A stretch of 64,000 bases of DNA from Mobula hypostoma (lineage: Eukaryota): assembly GCF_963921235.1 (NCBI RefSeq), contig NC_086097.1, positions 127,288,001-127,352,000 of the forward strand, written 5' to 3'. How positions within the stretch are numbered: the stretch's first letter is position 1; each line of letters starts with the position of its first letter. A program made the position numbers and the translations under genes. Below, in pieces: positions 36,281-49,479 of this stretch. The notes under the pieces were generated by a model. It saw nothing but the letters and a program-made list of their open reading frames with translations. It had not been told where the DNA came from and searched no databases.

Positions 36281-36677
36281 GTTCACACCTCCTATTCCCA
36301 GTGGCAGAGAATTTGCCACGGTTGACATTGTTTACTCTAGACTGGTAGAATGGCAGTGTGTCGCAGGTTTGATTCGTTCATAGGCTTGGCAGTCAAAGTT
36401 GGTGGCAAGCTCTCCTAGAGGCACTAAGATGAAGATCTCCTGGTGGAACTGGGAGGAGGGAAAGTACAAGAGGCCAAAGTCTTCTCACCCAACCAAACAG
36501 TAAAGCTGAAGTATACCTGTCCCTGGCCTCTGCTTCTTTTGGTGTCCTACGATCATAAAAACCACATTTTAAAAAGAAAAGTGCACCTTTGGTTGGTCCC
36601 CAAGAGGCCACCGCATTTGAATGTGCTACCATCTTACCAGATATTATTCCTATCCTCCCTTCTGGCCCCTTCCTTTC

Positions 36678-36715
36678 CAGTCCTGATGAAGGGCCTTGGC
36701 CCGAAAAATCAACTG
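36678..36715 (+). ncRNA. Minimal type-I hammerhead ribozyme motif in pLTR fragment (~36640-36775)
   Basis: CAGTC-CTGATGA-A-GGGC(CTTG)GCCC-GAAA-AA-TC-AACTG. Confidence 0.55.
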
Positions 36716-37967
36716 TTTACTGCCCTCCATAGATGTTGGTGACTTGCCGAGGTCCTCCAGTATTTTGTGTGTTTTGCAGTGGCACCAAAGTCTTTGCATA
36801 TTTTCATGGCCAAAGTTGATGCACAGCTTGAGAAGCAATAGTGTAAAAGTTTGCCATGGGTGGGAATGCAATTGGACTTACAATCAGGTCAGCTATGATC
36901 TTATTAAGTGGTGGAGCAGGGCTAAGGGGCTTTCTATTGCTTTGATATGTACATTCATTCCCTATAATAAATGGTTCCTTTAATCATGTAAATAGAACTT
37001 CTGGGGTGGTGATCAGTGTCAGGAGAATGGAGGATGGTGGCCCTTATCGAAACGATCCCCAATAAGAGCCTTGATATAAATTGGTTAATTCCACTCAGTA
37101 GGTGGAATGGGCTGGAAGGAGATGGTTATAGAATTCCAAGGGAATTTCACACAATATCTGATAAATAGAGAGAGGTGTTGACTGGTGATACTCATGCCTG
37201 ATTTTGCATTTTGCATGAAAAATAAGTACAGCAAGAAACAGGATGAAGGGGTCTGGGGGTGTGTGTATGAAGGACTGATTAGATCAGAAGCACAGAGGAG
37301 AGGGGACAGAAGGGGGAGGACACTGGTGGGCCAGGCAGCATTGGTTAGGCGGAATTGGTAGTCAGCATTTCAGCTCGAGAGTCTTCACCTGGACTGGCTT
37401 GACTTGCAGAGTTCTTCCAACACTTTTTGTGTTGCTTCGATTCTAACATCTGCAGTCTCGTGCGTCCCCAATAAAATGAATAGTTTTATAGAAAGAGGCT
37501 GAGGTAGATGTTGTGTTGACTGCATCCTGTCGAAACATTGCAAGGGAAACCTCCCTAGTCCTAAAAAGACCATCAAATTAAATTATAACATCAGGATTCT
37601 GAGTTGCAGGAACAGATCAGGAGAGATTTGACTCCAGTTTTGACGTAAAGCCAAAGAGAAGGGATGTCAAGTGGAATGGATATGGTTCATCCCACACACT
37701 ATATCAATCTGCACAGTGACTACAGGATAAGCAGGGTGTCTGGAAGGAGTGGGAGAATGAAACTCTGGCACCGTTCTTCTTCACAGAATCATTAATAGCT
37801 TGAATATTTTCTTACATATCACTGCACAAATTAAAATTCAAGTGGGGTAGGGTGCTGTGAAAACCTTTCTCACTTTACAAGCAATAAGAGTATTTGATGT
37901 ATTTCCCATATCTGTGCTTCCCCTTATGTAAGTTTATTCTGAAATGTAATTTTATTCCTTCCAACAG

Positions 37968-38044
37968 AATACAATACCAGTGACCAACGACAGGCTTGCA
38001 AGAAGCATGAACTCTACGTCAGCTTCCGGGACCTAGGATGGCAG
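37968..38044 (+). CDS. bmp7: BMP5/6/7/8-subfamily gene (BMP7-like), internal exon equivalent to exon 5: start of TGF-beta cystine-knot domain
   Basis: Acceptor ttttattccttccaacag|AA, donor TGGCAG|gtaata; 77 nt; phase-compatible with 10074-10271 (G+AA = Glu); encodes [26 protein letters not shown]. Confidence 0.95.
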
Positions 38045-38319
38045 GTAATAAAAAAACAGATTTCTACTTTAATAAGGTGCTCGGGATGGGAGTGAAATAA
38101 TGCTTAGCTGGAGGCCCGGACTATTGCTCGTCTTGAATGCCTGCCACCACTCGGTTGGTACCACTTTCCCATCTGTGTCAGAGGTTCTGTGTCCCATGAC
38201 AAAAATATGAGCCCAAGAATCATGTCTCCACTCTGGTAATTGGTTTATCTTTGTGACATACTGAGAAGCAGTGAAGAGCTCTGTTTTGTGTGCCATTGCC
38301 TACATTAGACTATTGTTAA

Positions 38320-40130
38320 TTGACTAAAGCTCTGCCTTCAAAACTATAATTCCAAGCAAAACTCATCTCCACACTCCAAGACTTAGGACTCAACACCTCC
38401 CTTCACATCTGGATCCGCATTCAGATCCATTTATTTATCACATATGCATTGAAACACAGCGACATTCTTGACTTCTTGACAAACAGATCGCAGTCGGTCA
38501 GTAAGTCACTTCCACGCTGATTATTCTCATCACTGGCACCCCACAAGATAGTGACCTCTGCCCATTCTCCATATACACTCATCACTGCATGGCTACGCAC
38601 TCCATCTACAAGTTTATAGATGTGATGGGTCATTACCTCTGTCCCAGGATACCGACGGACTTTTACCACTGTACCATTGAGACCATACTCACCAACTGCA
38701 TCTCAGTGTGGTATGGCAATTGTCCCGTATCGGACCGCAAAGCACTCCAGCGTCTGGTGAAAACTGCCCAGTGGATTATCGGTGCCCAATTGCCCACCGT
38801 TGAGAACATCTACCGTAAACACTGCCTGGGCAGGGGGAAAAGCATTAGCTAGGTTGCATCTCACCCTAACCATGGACTTTTTACTCTCCTCCCATCTGGT
38901 AGGTGCTACAAGAGCCTCCGCTCCCGCACCAGCAGGCACAGGAAGAGCTTCTTCCCTGAGGCTGTGACCCTGCTGAACCTCTCATCACAGCGCTAAGCAG
39001 TATTGCATCCGTATTGTACTGTCTCAGTACTTTTATATTTGTGTGCTGTAGCACTTACTTTTTATTCGCAGTTATTTTGTAAATAACGCTCTTTGCATTT
39101 CTGCTTAGATGCTAACTGCATTTCATTGGCTTTGTATCTGTACTCGGCACAATGACAATAAAGTTGAATCTATCTATCTATCTCATAATGAGGAATCGGA
39201 GTACAGGAGGAAGTAAGAGAGCCTAGTGACATGGTGTCATGGCAACAACCTTGCCCTCAATGGCAGTAAAACGAAAGAGCTGGTCATTGACTTCAGGAGG
39301 AGCGTGGGGGTGGATCGGTGCACATAATCCTGTTTACATCAATGGTGCTGACTGAGAGGGCAGAGAGCTTCAATTTCCTAGGAGTGAGCAATAGTGTGTC
39401 CTGAAACAATCAAATAGGTGCCATGGCCAAGAAACCTCACCATTGCTCCTACTTCCTGCAGGCTAAAGCAATTTTGCATGTCCCCTTTGAAAGCAACTAA
39501 TTTATATCGATGCACCACTGCCCGTATCCTGTCCAGATGCATCACAGGTTGGTATGGTGACTGCAGAGAGTTGTAGACACAGTCCAGCACATCACAGGAA
39601 CCAGCCTCCACTCCCATGGACTCTGCCTGTATTTCTCACTGTCCCACTAAAGCAGCCAACATAATCAAAAACTCCATACATCCTGAACATACACACTTCT
39701 TCCCCCTTTCATTGGGCGGAAGATACAAAACAACACACACAGAATACTGGATGAACTCAGCAGATCGGGCAGCATCAATGGAAATGAATAAACAGTCAGC
39801 ATTTTGGGCCGAGACCCTTCTTCAGGACTCTGGGAAGCACATACCAGCGGGTTCAAGGGCAGCTTCTGCCTCTCAGTTATCAGACTATTGGATAGTTTCC
39901 TGGTGTGACAAGCTAGACTCTTGACCTTACTATCTATGGCATTATGGTCTTGCGACCTGTTGTCTACCTATACTGCACTTTTTCTGTAAATGTGACCCTC
40001 AGTTCTGGACCCTGTTATTGTTTGATCTTGTACTATCTCAAAGCACTGTGGTAATGAATTAATCTGTATGAATAGTATGCAAGACTTTACCTTGTTGGTC
40101 ATGTGACAATAATGAACCAATTTACCAAAT
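38320..40130 (+). mobile_element. Rex1/Babar-type LINE with a nested younger Rex-type copy (~38620-39180) and a pLTR fragment (39729-39829, minus)
   Basis: RT remnants (SIYKF), FYHCTIETILTNCISVWYG...RKALQRLVKTAQWIIG, two separate 3' UTR tails. Confidence 0.8.
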
Positions 40131-40139
40131 TGGGAAAAG

Positions 40140-40690
40140 CGATAACAGAATGCAGAATATAATGTTACAGAGAAAGTGCAGTACAGGTAGACAAATTAAG
40201 GTGCAAGGGCTAATCTGAGATAAACTGAGAGATAAACAATACTCTTTATTGTATAAAAGATTCATTCAAAAGTTGCAACAGCAGGCTAAAAGCTGTCCTT
40301 GAGTCTGACAGTGTGTAATTTCAAGCTTTCCAGTATCACATTATCACTGACTTAGTGACATGAAATCTGCTTGACAGCAATATAGTGCAAATACATACAA
40401 TTATTATAAATAACAAAAATACTAATGGAAAAGAAAAGTGTTCGTGGGCTCATCTTTTTAACTTTTCCCAGTGGAAGTTGGGGTGGCGGGGTGGGGGGTG
40501 GAAGGAGAGGCAGTGACTGGGGTGGGAGGGGTTCTTGATTAAGTTGGCTGCTTTCCCAAGGCAGTAGGAAAAAGTGTAGACAAAGACAGTGGAGAGGAGG
40601 CTGGGTTTTGTGGTGTTCGTAGCCCTCTTCAATTTCTTAGAGTCACAGGCAGAGCAGTTGCCATACCAAACTGTGATGTATCCACATAGC
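40140..40690 (-). mobile_element. Rex1/Babar-type LINE 3' fragments
   Basis: YITVWYGNCSACDSKKL...CLGKAANLIKNPSHP. Confidence 0.7.
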
Positions 40691-40694
40691 ATAA

Positions 40695-41925
40695 ACACGA
40701 AAAAATCTGCAGATGCTGGAAATCCAATGTTCTCACCACCTCCCTCCTCTTTCTCGATCTCTCTGTCTCTATCTCTGGCAACAGTTTATCTACTGATATC
40801 TTTTATAAACCCACAGACTGTCACAGCTACCTGGACTATAGCTCTCTCTGTCACTTGTAAAAACGCCATCCCTTCCTCCCAGTTCCTCTGTCTCTGCTGC
40901 ATCTGCTCTCAGGATGAGGCCTTTCATTCCAGAACTAATGAGGTGTCCTCCTTCAAAGAAAAGGGCTTCCGTTCCTCCACCATCAACACTCCCCTTACCC
41001 CATCCTCCCACCACCCCAACAAAGCTAGGGTTCCTCTTGTCCTCACCTACCACCCCAGCCGCCTTTGCACCCAGCACAAAATTCTCTATAACTTCCACCA
41101 TCTCCAATGGGATCCCACCACCAAGCACATCTTTCCCTCCTCCCCCACTTTCTGCTTTCTGCAGGGATCGCTCCCTACGTGACTCCCTTGTCGATTTGTC
41201 CCTCCCCACTGATCTCTTAACCTTGCAAGTGAAACAAGTGCCGTACCTGCCCTACACCTCCTCCCTCACTACCATTCAGGACCCTAAACAGTCCTTCCAG
41301 GTGAGGCGACACTACACCTGTGAGTCTGTTGGAATCACGTACTGTATCTGGTGCTCCCCGTGTGGCCTCCAGTACATCAGTGAGACTTGACGTGGATTGG
41401 GAGACTGCTTCACTGAGCACCTATTTCATTTCTACTTCCCATTCCCATTCCGACATGTCGGTCCACGGCCTCCTCTACTGTCACAATGAGGCCACATGCA
41501 GGTTGGAGGAGCAACACCTTGCATTCCATCTGGGTAGCCTCCAACCTGTTGTTACAAACATCGATGTTTTTCAAACTTCTGTTAATTGCCTCCCTTCATT
41601 CCTCCATTCCTGTTTCCCTCTCTCATCTCATCTCCTTACCTGTTCTTCACCTTTCTCTCATGCTACTCCCATTTCCCTTTCTTCCATGGTCTTCTGTGCT
41701 CTCCTATCAGATTTCCCCTTCTCCAGCCCTTTACCTCTTTCAGCAATCAACTATCCAGCTCTTTATTTCACCCCTTCTCCTACCTTCTTGCTCTGACTTC
41801 TCATCTTTTTTTCTCCAGTTTTGATGAAGGATCTCAGACTGAAATGTCGATTATTTATTCTTTTCCATAGATGCTGCTGGCCTGCTGAGTTCCTCCAGCA
41901 CTTTGTGTGTGTGTTGCCTCCAGAT
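40695..41925 (+). mobile_element. Penelope-like element: RT thumb, GIY-YIG endonuclease and pLTR, decayed
   Basis: CKNAIPSSQFLCLCCICSQDEAFHSR...RVPLVLTYHP; TCESVGITYCIWCSPCGLQYISET*RGLGDCFTEH (GIY-YIG); RLEEQHLAFHLGSLQP; short inverted pLTR piece at the 5' end. Confidence 0.88.
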
Positions 41926-41929
41926 AGGA

Positions 41930-42310
41930 TGCTCTTTGTGGACCATCTATAAAAACTAGTGCTGGGCATTGGGGACATTCCGATCTCCTTAGCCTTCTAA
42001 ACAAGTAGAGGCACTGGTGTACTGTCTTGGTCATTGCACCTACGAGGCAGGACCAGGACAAGCTATTGAGGGTGTTTATTCTTAGGAACCAGAAGCTCTG
42101 AATTGTTTCCACCCAAGCACCATTAATACAAACGGGAATCTATTCTGCCTTGCTTCCTAAAGTCTTTTGTCTTGCTGTCTTTGTGGGAAAAGTTTTGTCC
42201 TAACACTATGCCACTAGGCTCTCTACCTTATTCCAATACTACATTTCACCATTGTTTCAGATCTGGCCCACCACGTTGGTGTCATCTGTGAATTTGTAGA
42301 CGGAGCTAGA
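41930..42310 (-). mobile_element. Rex1/Babar-type LINE RT fragment
   Basis: Minus YKFTDDTNVVG remnant; SLSWSCLVGAMTKTVHQCLYLFRRLR. Confidence 0.7.
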
Positions 42311-42869
42311 ACATAGTTGACAGCACAGGAACTGCCTGTTCAACCCACGGTATTGTGCCACGTTAATGTAGCCTACTTGATCTAATCCCTCTGCTGTGCA
42401 CCTGTTTCATTCTCTGCGCATCCGTGTGCCTCATCAACACCTCTTCAACACCTCCATTGTGCTTGCCTCCACTGCCACCCTTAGCAGAGCATTCATGGAA
42501 CCTATATTACACACAAAAAAAACTTGCCCAGCACATCTCCTTTGAACTCTGCACCTCCCACCTTAGAGGCATGCCCTCTAGTGTTGAACATTTCAATCCT
42601 GGAAGAAAGACTCTATCTACACTATTTGTGCCTCTCAGGATTTAAATATACTGTACTTCTATTGGGTCTCCTCTCAGCCTCAGCCACTCCAGAGAAAACT
42701 ATCTACTCCTCATCTATGTTTCTCCCGTCCTGCTGAAGTCTCAGCCCTCTGTATACTTTTTCCATAGATACTACCTGGCCTGCTGAGTTCCTCCAGCATT
42801 TTGTGTGTGTAGCCAAAGAAAACAGCCCTAGTTTGTAGTTAGAGCTGAATCTGCTTTAACGCACAGTTG

Positions 42870-43250
42870 TGAATTTATAGGGAGGATGGTAGGGAGGTGA
42901 GGACACAGCCTTACGGGGCATCGGTTTGGATTGTGAGGGAATGCTGCCCTGTCAGTGGTGCTGACTTTCGAGTGGGGTGTTAATGAGGCCCCATCTGTTC
43001 CCTTCAGCAGCACTGTCAGAGATCTCGTAATCTTCTAGTCTGTACTTATCCCTTTATTGGTTAGCGTCATCGCTGCAGATTATCTGGCTGTCATTGCGCT
43101 ACTTTTTTGTGGGATCTTGCTATGCACAAGTTGGCTGCCAAGTTTCCTCCATTACAGTTGGGCTGCTTTCAGCTCAGAGGCATAGCACTGATTCATAAAA
43201 CTTGGGGATTTTCTATGAGGGATGTGAAAGGAACTATAAGAAATGTTCAT
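42870..43250 (+). mobile_element. Deu-domain SINE, old copy
   Basis: GAGGGAATGCTGCCCTGTCAGTGGTGC...GATTATCTGGCTGTCATTGC...TGTGGGATCTTGCTATGCACAAGTTGGCTGCC; similar to 456-812. Confidence 0.6.
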
Positions 43251-46200
43251 TGTAAAGCAAAAGAACTTTCAGGCCTGTGATTAAAGTCCAGCATATTCAG
43301 TTTCTTTTAATCTTGGCCCAACTCTGTGAAGATGCAAGTATGTTGAAAGATGTCATTGCCTGCCAATGCTAATGCAGTCCAGCAGTAAGTGTCGTCTTTT
43401 AATGAACTATTTCAGACTCTTCTGACCTCAAAATTAAAAGTTGTATGATGCAAACTGCAGAGCAAAAATGTTGCTAAAACAAACCCGACTGCCTTAAATC
43501 TTATTAGTAAAGGGTAAAATTCAAAAACTCATGGAATGCTTGAATAAAACTGAAGACTTCATTGCATCTGAATTCATGTTAACAAAAAAAGATGTGGATT
43601 TCTATAGCACCTTTCAGGAGCACCTTAACTGCCAATGAAATGAGGAGTGAGGTTACTCTTACTTTTGCAGTGTTGGAAACACAGGCACTAATTTAACACC
43701 AATGTCCAAAGGCTGGATATCCCATCCCTAAGTGACTCACCTCCAAACGCCCTTCAACAAGGGAAAAGTCAGGAGCACTTGCCTAGATGAGTTAGCGTTA
43801 ACAACTCTCAAGATCGACACCCTCTGGACAAGGCAACCCACCCCAACCATCAACGTAAGTGTTCAGTCCCCCCACCACTGAAAGGCAAAGACTTCAGTGT
43901 GTATAGTCTACAAAATGCACTGCGGTTACTTGCCTGAGCTACTGTGATAACAGCTCCGTAGAGGGAGGAGACTAGCAGGCACGTGGGAATGTCACTGCCT
44001 GTTGGGTTCCCTGTCGGTCCTCACACCATCCTGACTTGGAAATAAATTATTAAATCGTAGATTTATAGAACTCAGAAACAGACTTTTCAACTGAACTCTA
44101 TTGCTGACCAAGTTGCCTACCCAAACCTAAACTGATCCCATTTACCTGCATTTGGCCCATATGTTTCTGTACCCTTCCTCTCCTTGCACTGTTCAAATTG
44201 ACTCTAATTGTTGAACTTCTACCTACTTCCTCTAGTCCAGAGATAAAATACTATATCTCCACTCCCAACTGTACCTCCCAGAAGTGGAAGATAAAACACA
44301 ATAAAGCACAAGGCGTAGTATATTACATATCCAGCACAGCAAGCTGGGTTCAATTCTAGTGCAGGCTGTATGTACGTTCTCCCTGTGACTGCATGGGTTT
44401 CCTCAAGGTGCTCTGGTTTCTTTCCACATTCCAAAGACATGCATGTTAGTGGCTTAATTAATCACATGGGTGTAATTCAGTGCCAAGGACCCTGTTACTG
44501 TGCTTTATTCTGAACTAAAAATGAAACTAGTTGCTTCAGTGGTGTCAGATTTGGGGTAAACCCCACCCAGTGCACAGCTAAAATCTGCCCTGCTACTGGA
44601 TATCATATTCTTGCTGAAAGGCCACTCCATTGTAATGAGAGTCGGTTTGCTGAAACCTTATTGCGTCCAATTGCTCCATTTGTAGTTACCATCTACACTG
44701 GCCTGAGGAAGTTATTCTTGGACACACACTTAGAAAACGGGTGTTGTTTCTACAAAAGAAAATGACAAATGGCAGCTCTGCAAGCAGGATCTTACTGGCA
44801 TGATCTTCTTTTAAAGTCAGCAGTGTAAGTTCTTTTGGCCTGCATTGTATTCAAGCAAAGACCCTGAATGTAAATGTCAGCACTGGTGGCGGTTTCCAGG
44901 AGAAACTATTTTGGCTGTTACTCTCCAAAGCTAAGGGACTTAGTGAGTGTGGTGTACAAACACAATCCAGATGTTGAAGCCAATGTGGACACTAGATCTG
45001 CCATTTGCCTGCCAATGATTATTTTGCCCAGATGATGGAAACCTACTTTAGTTGGGAAGTAGCCAGTGCAGGTTGTTGGAAAGCTCTGCGAAAAGAGAAA
45101 CAATTGGCCTGTTGACTAACGGCAGCTTCCAGTTGATCACAGCCTTAAGACAACTCCCTACATCGTCCTTGCTAATGGCCTACAGGCTTCCTATCATGAT
45201 TACATCCCTTCCCTAGGTAACACTGTGCCCTGAGGCAGTTTCCTTAGTGCAGACACCAGAAAATTGAAGCCTTGTGCCTTTGGGATACTCGGTGAACATC
45301 TGATGCTCACCCATCCGAATCAAGTGATGTCCTGGTCCACTGTTTGATTATCTTGGGCCAGCCTGTTCAAGCAAAAGTCTCCACACCCTTGTCCCAGGAC
45401 AAGAGAATTTCAAGAGCTCAGAATTCAGGGGGTTTTCTGCCAGGGGTCCAACGTTCTTGCAAATCCGGTGCTGGCTTTGAGGTGGTTGCTTTGATTTTCA
45501 TCCGTACTTCACGGGCCCTTTGACCTGTCTGGTTCAAGTCAGCATTTGGCTGAACATTTCCGATACTCGTACCTGTCCAACTGTCTTTTAACAGTTGTTA
45601 TTGTACCTGCTTCAACCACCTCCTCTTCGTAGCTCATTCTGCACGCATCCCTCCCTCTGTGTAAAAACAAAAATGCCCCTCAGGTTCCTAGTAAACCTTT
45701 TTTCTCTCTCACCTTAAATGTATGCCCTCTTGTTCTTGATTACCTGACCCCGAGGAAAAGATTTGAGTGCGTTCACCCTATCTATGCCTGTCCTGATTTT
45801 GTAAACCTCTTTCATATCACCTCTCTGCTCCTGAAAGGAATAAAGTCCTCGTCTATGCCATCTCTCCCTATAACTCCGTCCCTTGTCAATAGTTTCTACC
45901 CACTTTCCTGTATTACAACAACCAAAATGGAGGACTATACTCCAAGCGCAGCCTCATCAGCGTTCTGCGGAACCTCAGCATCACCTCTCAACTTCTATTC
46001 TCAATGCCCTGACTTATGAGGGCCAGCGTGTTTGTTACAATATTTTGCAGTTTTGCCTTTGGGACATCTTGAGTATCCCTTGCAGTTTTACATTAAAAAG
46101 GCAACTCCAAGGTCAAGAATCAAATCCCAGTGGCATCATAAACCTTTCCCTTTCTGGTCTACTGTTTCAATTGAAATGTATAGATCATAAAATGGCAGTG

Positions 46201-47488
46201 TTGACCATTTGGCTTGTGATCCTGACCTTTCCCAGATCTGTTGCCCGTTTTATTCCCCCTGTATTTGTGCGTGTGAGTACAAATACTCTCTGGGTGGGGT
46301 TCGAAAGGCTCCTCCCTCCTTTTAGAAGGTGCAAATCAACCACTGCTCCTGCTTCTGATAGTTGCCTGTGGACTTCTGGTGGAAGGATGATTGGACGAGC
46401 ACATTTATTCTCAGCGGTGACTCCATGCCCATGATAGTGAGTTAGGGGAATAAGAGCAGAGAAGCTGAGGGCCATTTGCAGATGTGTAATCACATTCCAG
46501 GAGCTCGGTGCGTAAAGGAAGAGTGGAGCATGGTCAAGGATTGGGAAAGAATGCCTAAAAATGGAGCTGCAGAGCATGTACTGTGCCCTTAAATCAGCAA
46601 CATTATTATCTTGAAGAAAAGAAACAACTTATCAGCTCTTGGGTCTTCCTGAAACTGTATGCAGCCAATAAAATATTGGCCTTGTTTTAACATAGCAATC
46701 ACAGTAACAGTTTGTTTTCAGGAAGCTCCCATGGACAGTATTGTAGGCACAAGTGGATAATCTGTTCCACTGATGTTTTCTTGAATGCTGTACTTTGGCC
46801 AGAATATCGAGGAGGGCTCCCCTTTGAAATGAAACCCCAAAGGATCTTCTGCATCCACTGACAAGGCTCTGGTTAAGATCATCTCCAACCAAGAAGTCTC
46901 TAGCAGAGGAGTGCTCCCTCTGGGGTTGGCCGAGATTTCTGCACTTGAATCTCGAGTTGGGCTTGAGACGTGAGCACTCACTTGAATGTTCAGAATGTTA
47001 ATCCTTTCCAGATCCTGATTTGCCAGCTCTTCCAGCTCGTATTACCCTTGTCAGTTCCAAGGATTCCGCTCTTAATAAGGAATCGTGGATTTACAAACCT
47101 TTCAAGTTCCACTTCCAGGGCAGTCTGTTTAATTGTTGTATTTAATAGGAATAGTGACATGGTGGTTAAATTACTGAACTGGCATTTGGAGACCTGGGTC
47201 AAAGGTAAGTGCTTGAGTTCCACCCAGCCCTCTGAGGGAAATCAATTAACTAAATCTGGAGTAAGAGGCTAGTCTGGGTGGTGTGACCATAGGATTGTCG
47301 TTAGGAACAAAGCTGGTTCATTGGTGCTGTTGGGAAAGGAGACCTGCCATTCTTGTCCAATTGAATTGTGACTCCAGACAGACGCATATGGATGGCGTTT
47401 GTCTGCTTTCTCCATTCCAGAGCAGGTAGGGATCCTGCCTCCTCAGCGACACTGGTGGATGAATAAAGGATACTTGTTGCTGGGCAGA

Positions 47489-48995
47489 TTTTTTTTATTT
47501 CAAAATATACTTTATTCAAAAATAAAATTATATACAATAAACCATTCAATAACTTTCCATCCTTTACATACATTTCCATCATAGTCTGTACATATCCATA
47601 CTTATGGCCACCCACGTGGCACTCCAGTTGTTCACCTTACCACATCATTGTTGAGGGGTATACTCCCCGCCCACCGACCCCTCCCACTCCCACGGGTGGA
47701 GGAACCTATACCGTGGTCCTTCCCCACCGGGCCCTTGCGGTGGCCGCACCAAGTTTCAGTGCGTCCCTCAGCACGTACTCCTGCAGCCGAGAATGTGCCA
47801 GTCGGCAGCATTCTCCCACGGACATCTCCATGTGCTGGTAGATCATCAAGTTTCGGGCCGACCAAAGAGCGTCTTTCACCGAGTTGATGATCTGCCAGCA
47901 GCACCGGATGATGGTCTCCGTGTGCGTCCACGGGAACAGCCCGTAGATCGGAGAGTCCTCTGTTACGCAGCTGCTGGGGATGAAACATGACACTAGCCCG
48001 TCCATCCTCCTCCACACCTTCTTTGCGAACTGACAGTGTGCAAAGAGGTGGGTCACAGACTCCTCCTCACTGCAGTCCTCCCGTGGGCAGTGGGGTGCGG
48101 AGACGACGTTCCGGGCGTACAGGAGGGCTCTGACTAGGAGGGCATCTCTCACTGCCAGCCAGGCGAGGTCCTGGTGCCTGTTGGTGAGGTCTGGCGATTA
48201 GGCATTTTGCCTGATGAACTGGACGGTCTGCTCAGGGAACCACCCCACTGTGTCCATCTCGTCCTTCTCCTGCAGTGCCTGCAGGACACTACGTGCCGAC
48301 CACTGCCTGGTGGCCCTGTGGTCAAAGGCGTTCTCCTGGAAGAACTTTTCTATGAAGGACAGGTATGGCGGCAATGACCAGCTGATTGGGGTGTTGCGCG
48401 GGAGTGGGGCCAGACCCATCGTTCGTAGCCAGGGCAACAGGTAGAACCTGGGCACATAGTGGTACTTGGTGCCCACATACCTGGGTTCTACACACAACCT
48501 GATGCAGCCATATACGAAGCTGGCCATCAGGGTGAGGGTGACATTGGGGACGTTCTTGCCCCCATTGTCCAGGGACTTGTGCATGATGGTCAGTCTCACC
48601 CGCTCCATCTTGGATCCCCAGACGAATCTGAAGACAGCTCGGGTGATTTCTGAGCTGTAGGAGCGGGGCACGGGCCACACTTGCACCAAATACAGCAGCC
48701 CTGAGAGCACCTCACACCTGATGACCAGGTTCTTGCCCGTTATCGACAGGGAGCGCCCTCCCCACAGTCCCAGTTTCTGTTTCACCTTGGCAGTCCGCTC
48801 CTGCCAGTTCTTGTTACACGCCACGGCCCCTCGAAACCAGATCCCCAACACCTTCACGTGGTCAGACCTGATGGTGAAGGGGACACTGAATCGGTCTGGC
48901 CAGTTGCCAAAGAGCATAGCTTTGCTCTTTGTGTGGTTGACCCTGGCCTCTGACACTAGCTCAAACTGTTTGCAGATGCCAATCAACCTGCGAAC
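47489..48995 (-). mobile_element. Tx1-clade (L1 group) LINE, 5'-truncated, young
   Basis: ORFs 48198-49022 and 47706-48152 share a frame with a single stop between them: KVLGIWF...WGGRSLSITGKNLVI...GGKNVPN and CCHC CPREDCSEEESVTHLFAHC; AATAAA and poly(A) at 47489. Confidence 0.88.
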
Positions 48996-49479
48996 TGATT
49001 CCACCTTTGAATATGGACCCAAAGATGTGTGTCGGAGAATTCAGGGGCATCATGTCCGGCCCAGTTTGACCCTGGCCACTTGCTGGTATTGATGAACCAA
49101 ACTGCTACTCAATGCCTTTTGAGCTGAGGGAAAGGGAGAATCGGTCTAGACTTTTTTTTGGGGGGTACCTGTTCAGTGACTGGCCCCTGTTGTCAGCTGC
49201 ACAAGTCATAAGGTCATATAGAACAGAAACAGGCCTTTCTGCCCACCCTGTCCATACCGACCATCAGGTAGCAGTCGATACTGAGCCCTTGGCCTGTTGT
49301 CTGCCTCTACCACCCTCAGAATCCAATCTCACTCTCCGGAAAACATTCTTTCTCATGTCACTTCAAAACTTCTGTGCCTTACCCTAAACCCATGCCCACT
49401 AGTTTCAGACATCTGCTGTGGGTAAAAATTTTCCTACCATCTGCCATATCTATCCACCTCATAATTTTGAGCACCTCTA

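Noticed and set aside
45883..46577. 183-aa and 130-aa overlapping ORFs
   Set aside because: The 183-aa ORF begins in antisense CR1 sequence and neither ORF shows recognisable motifs; likely chance.
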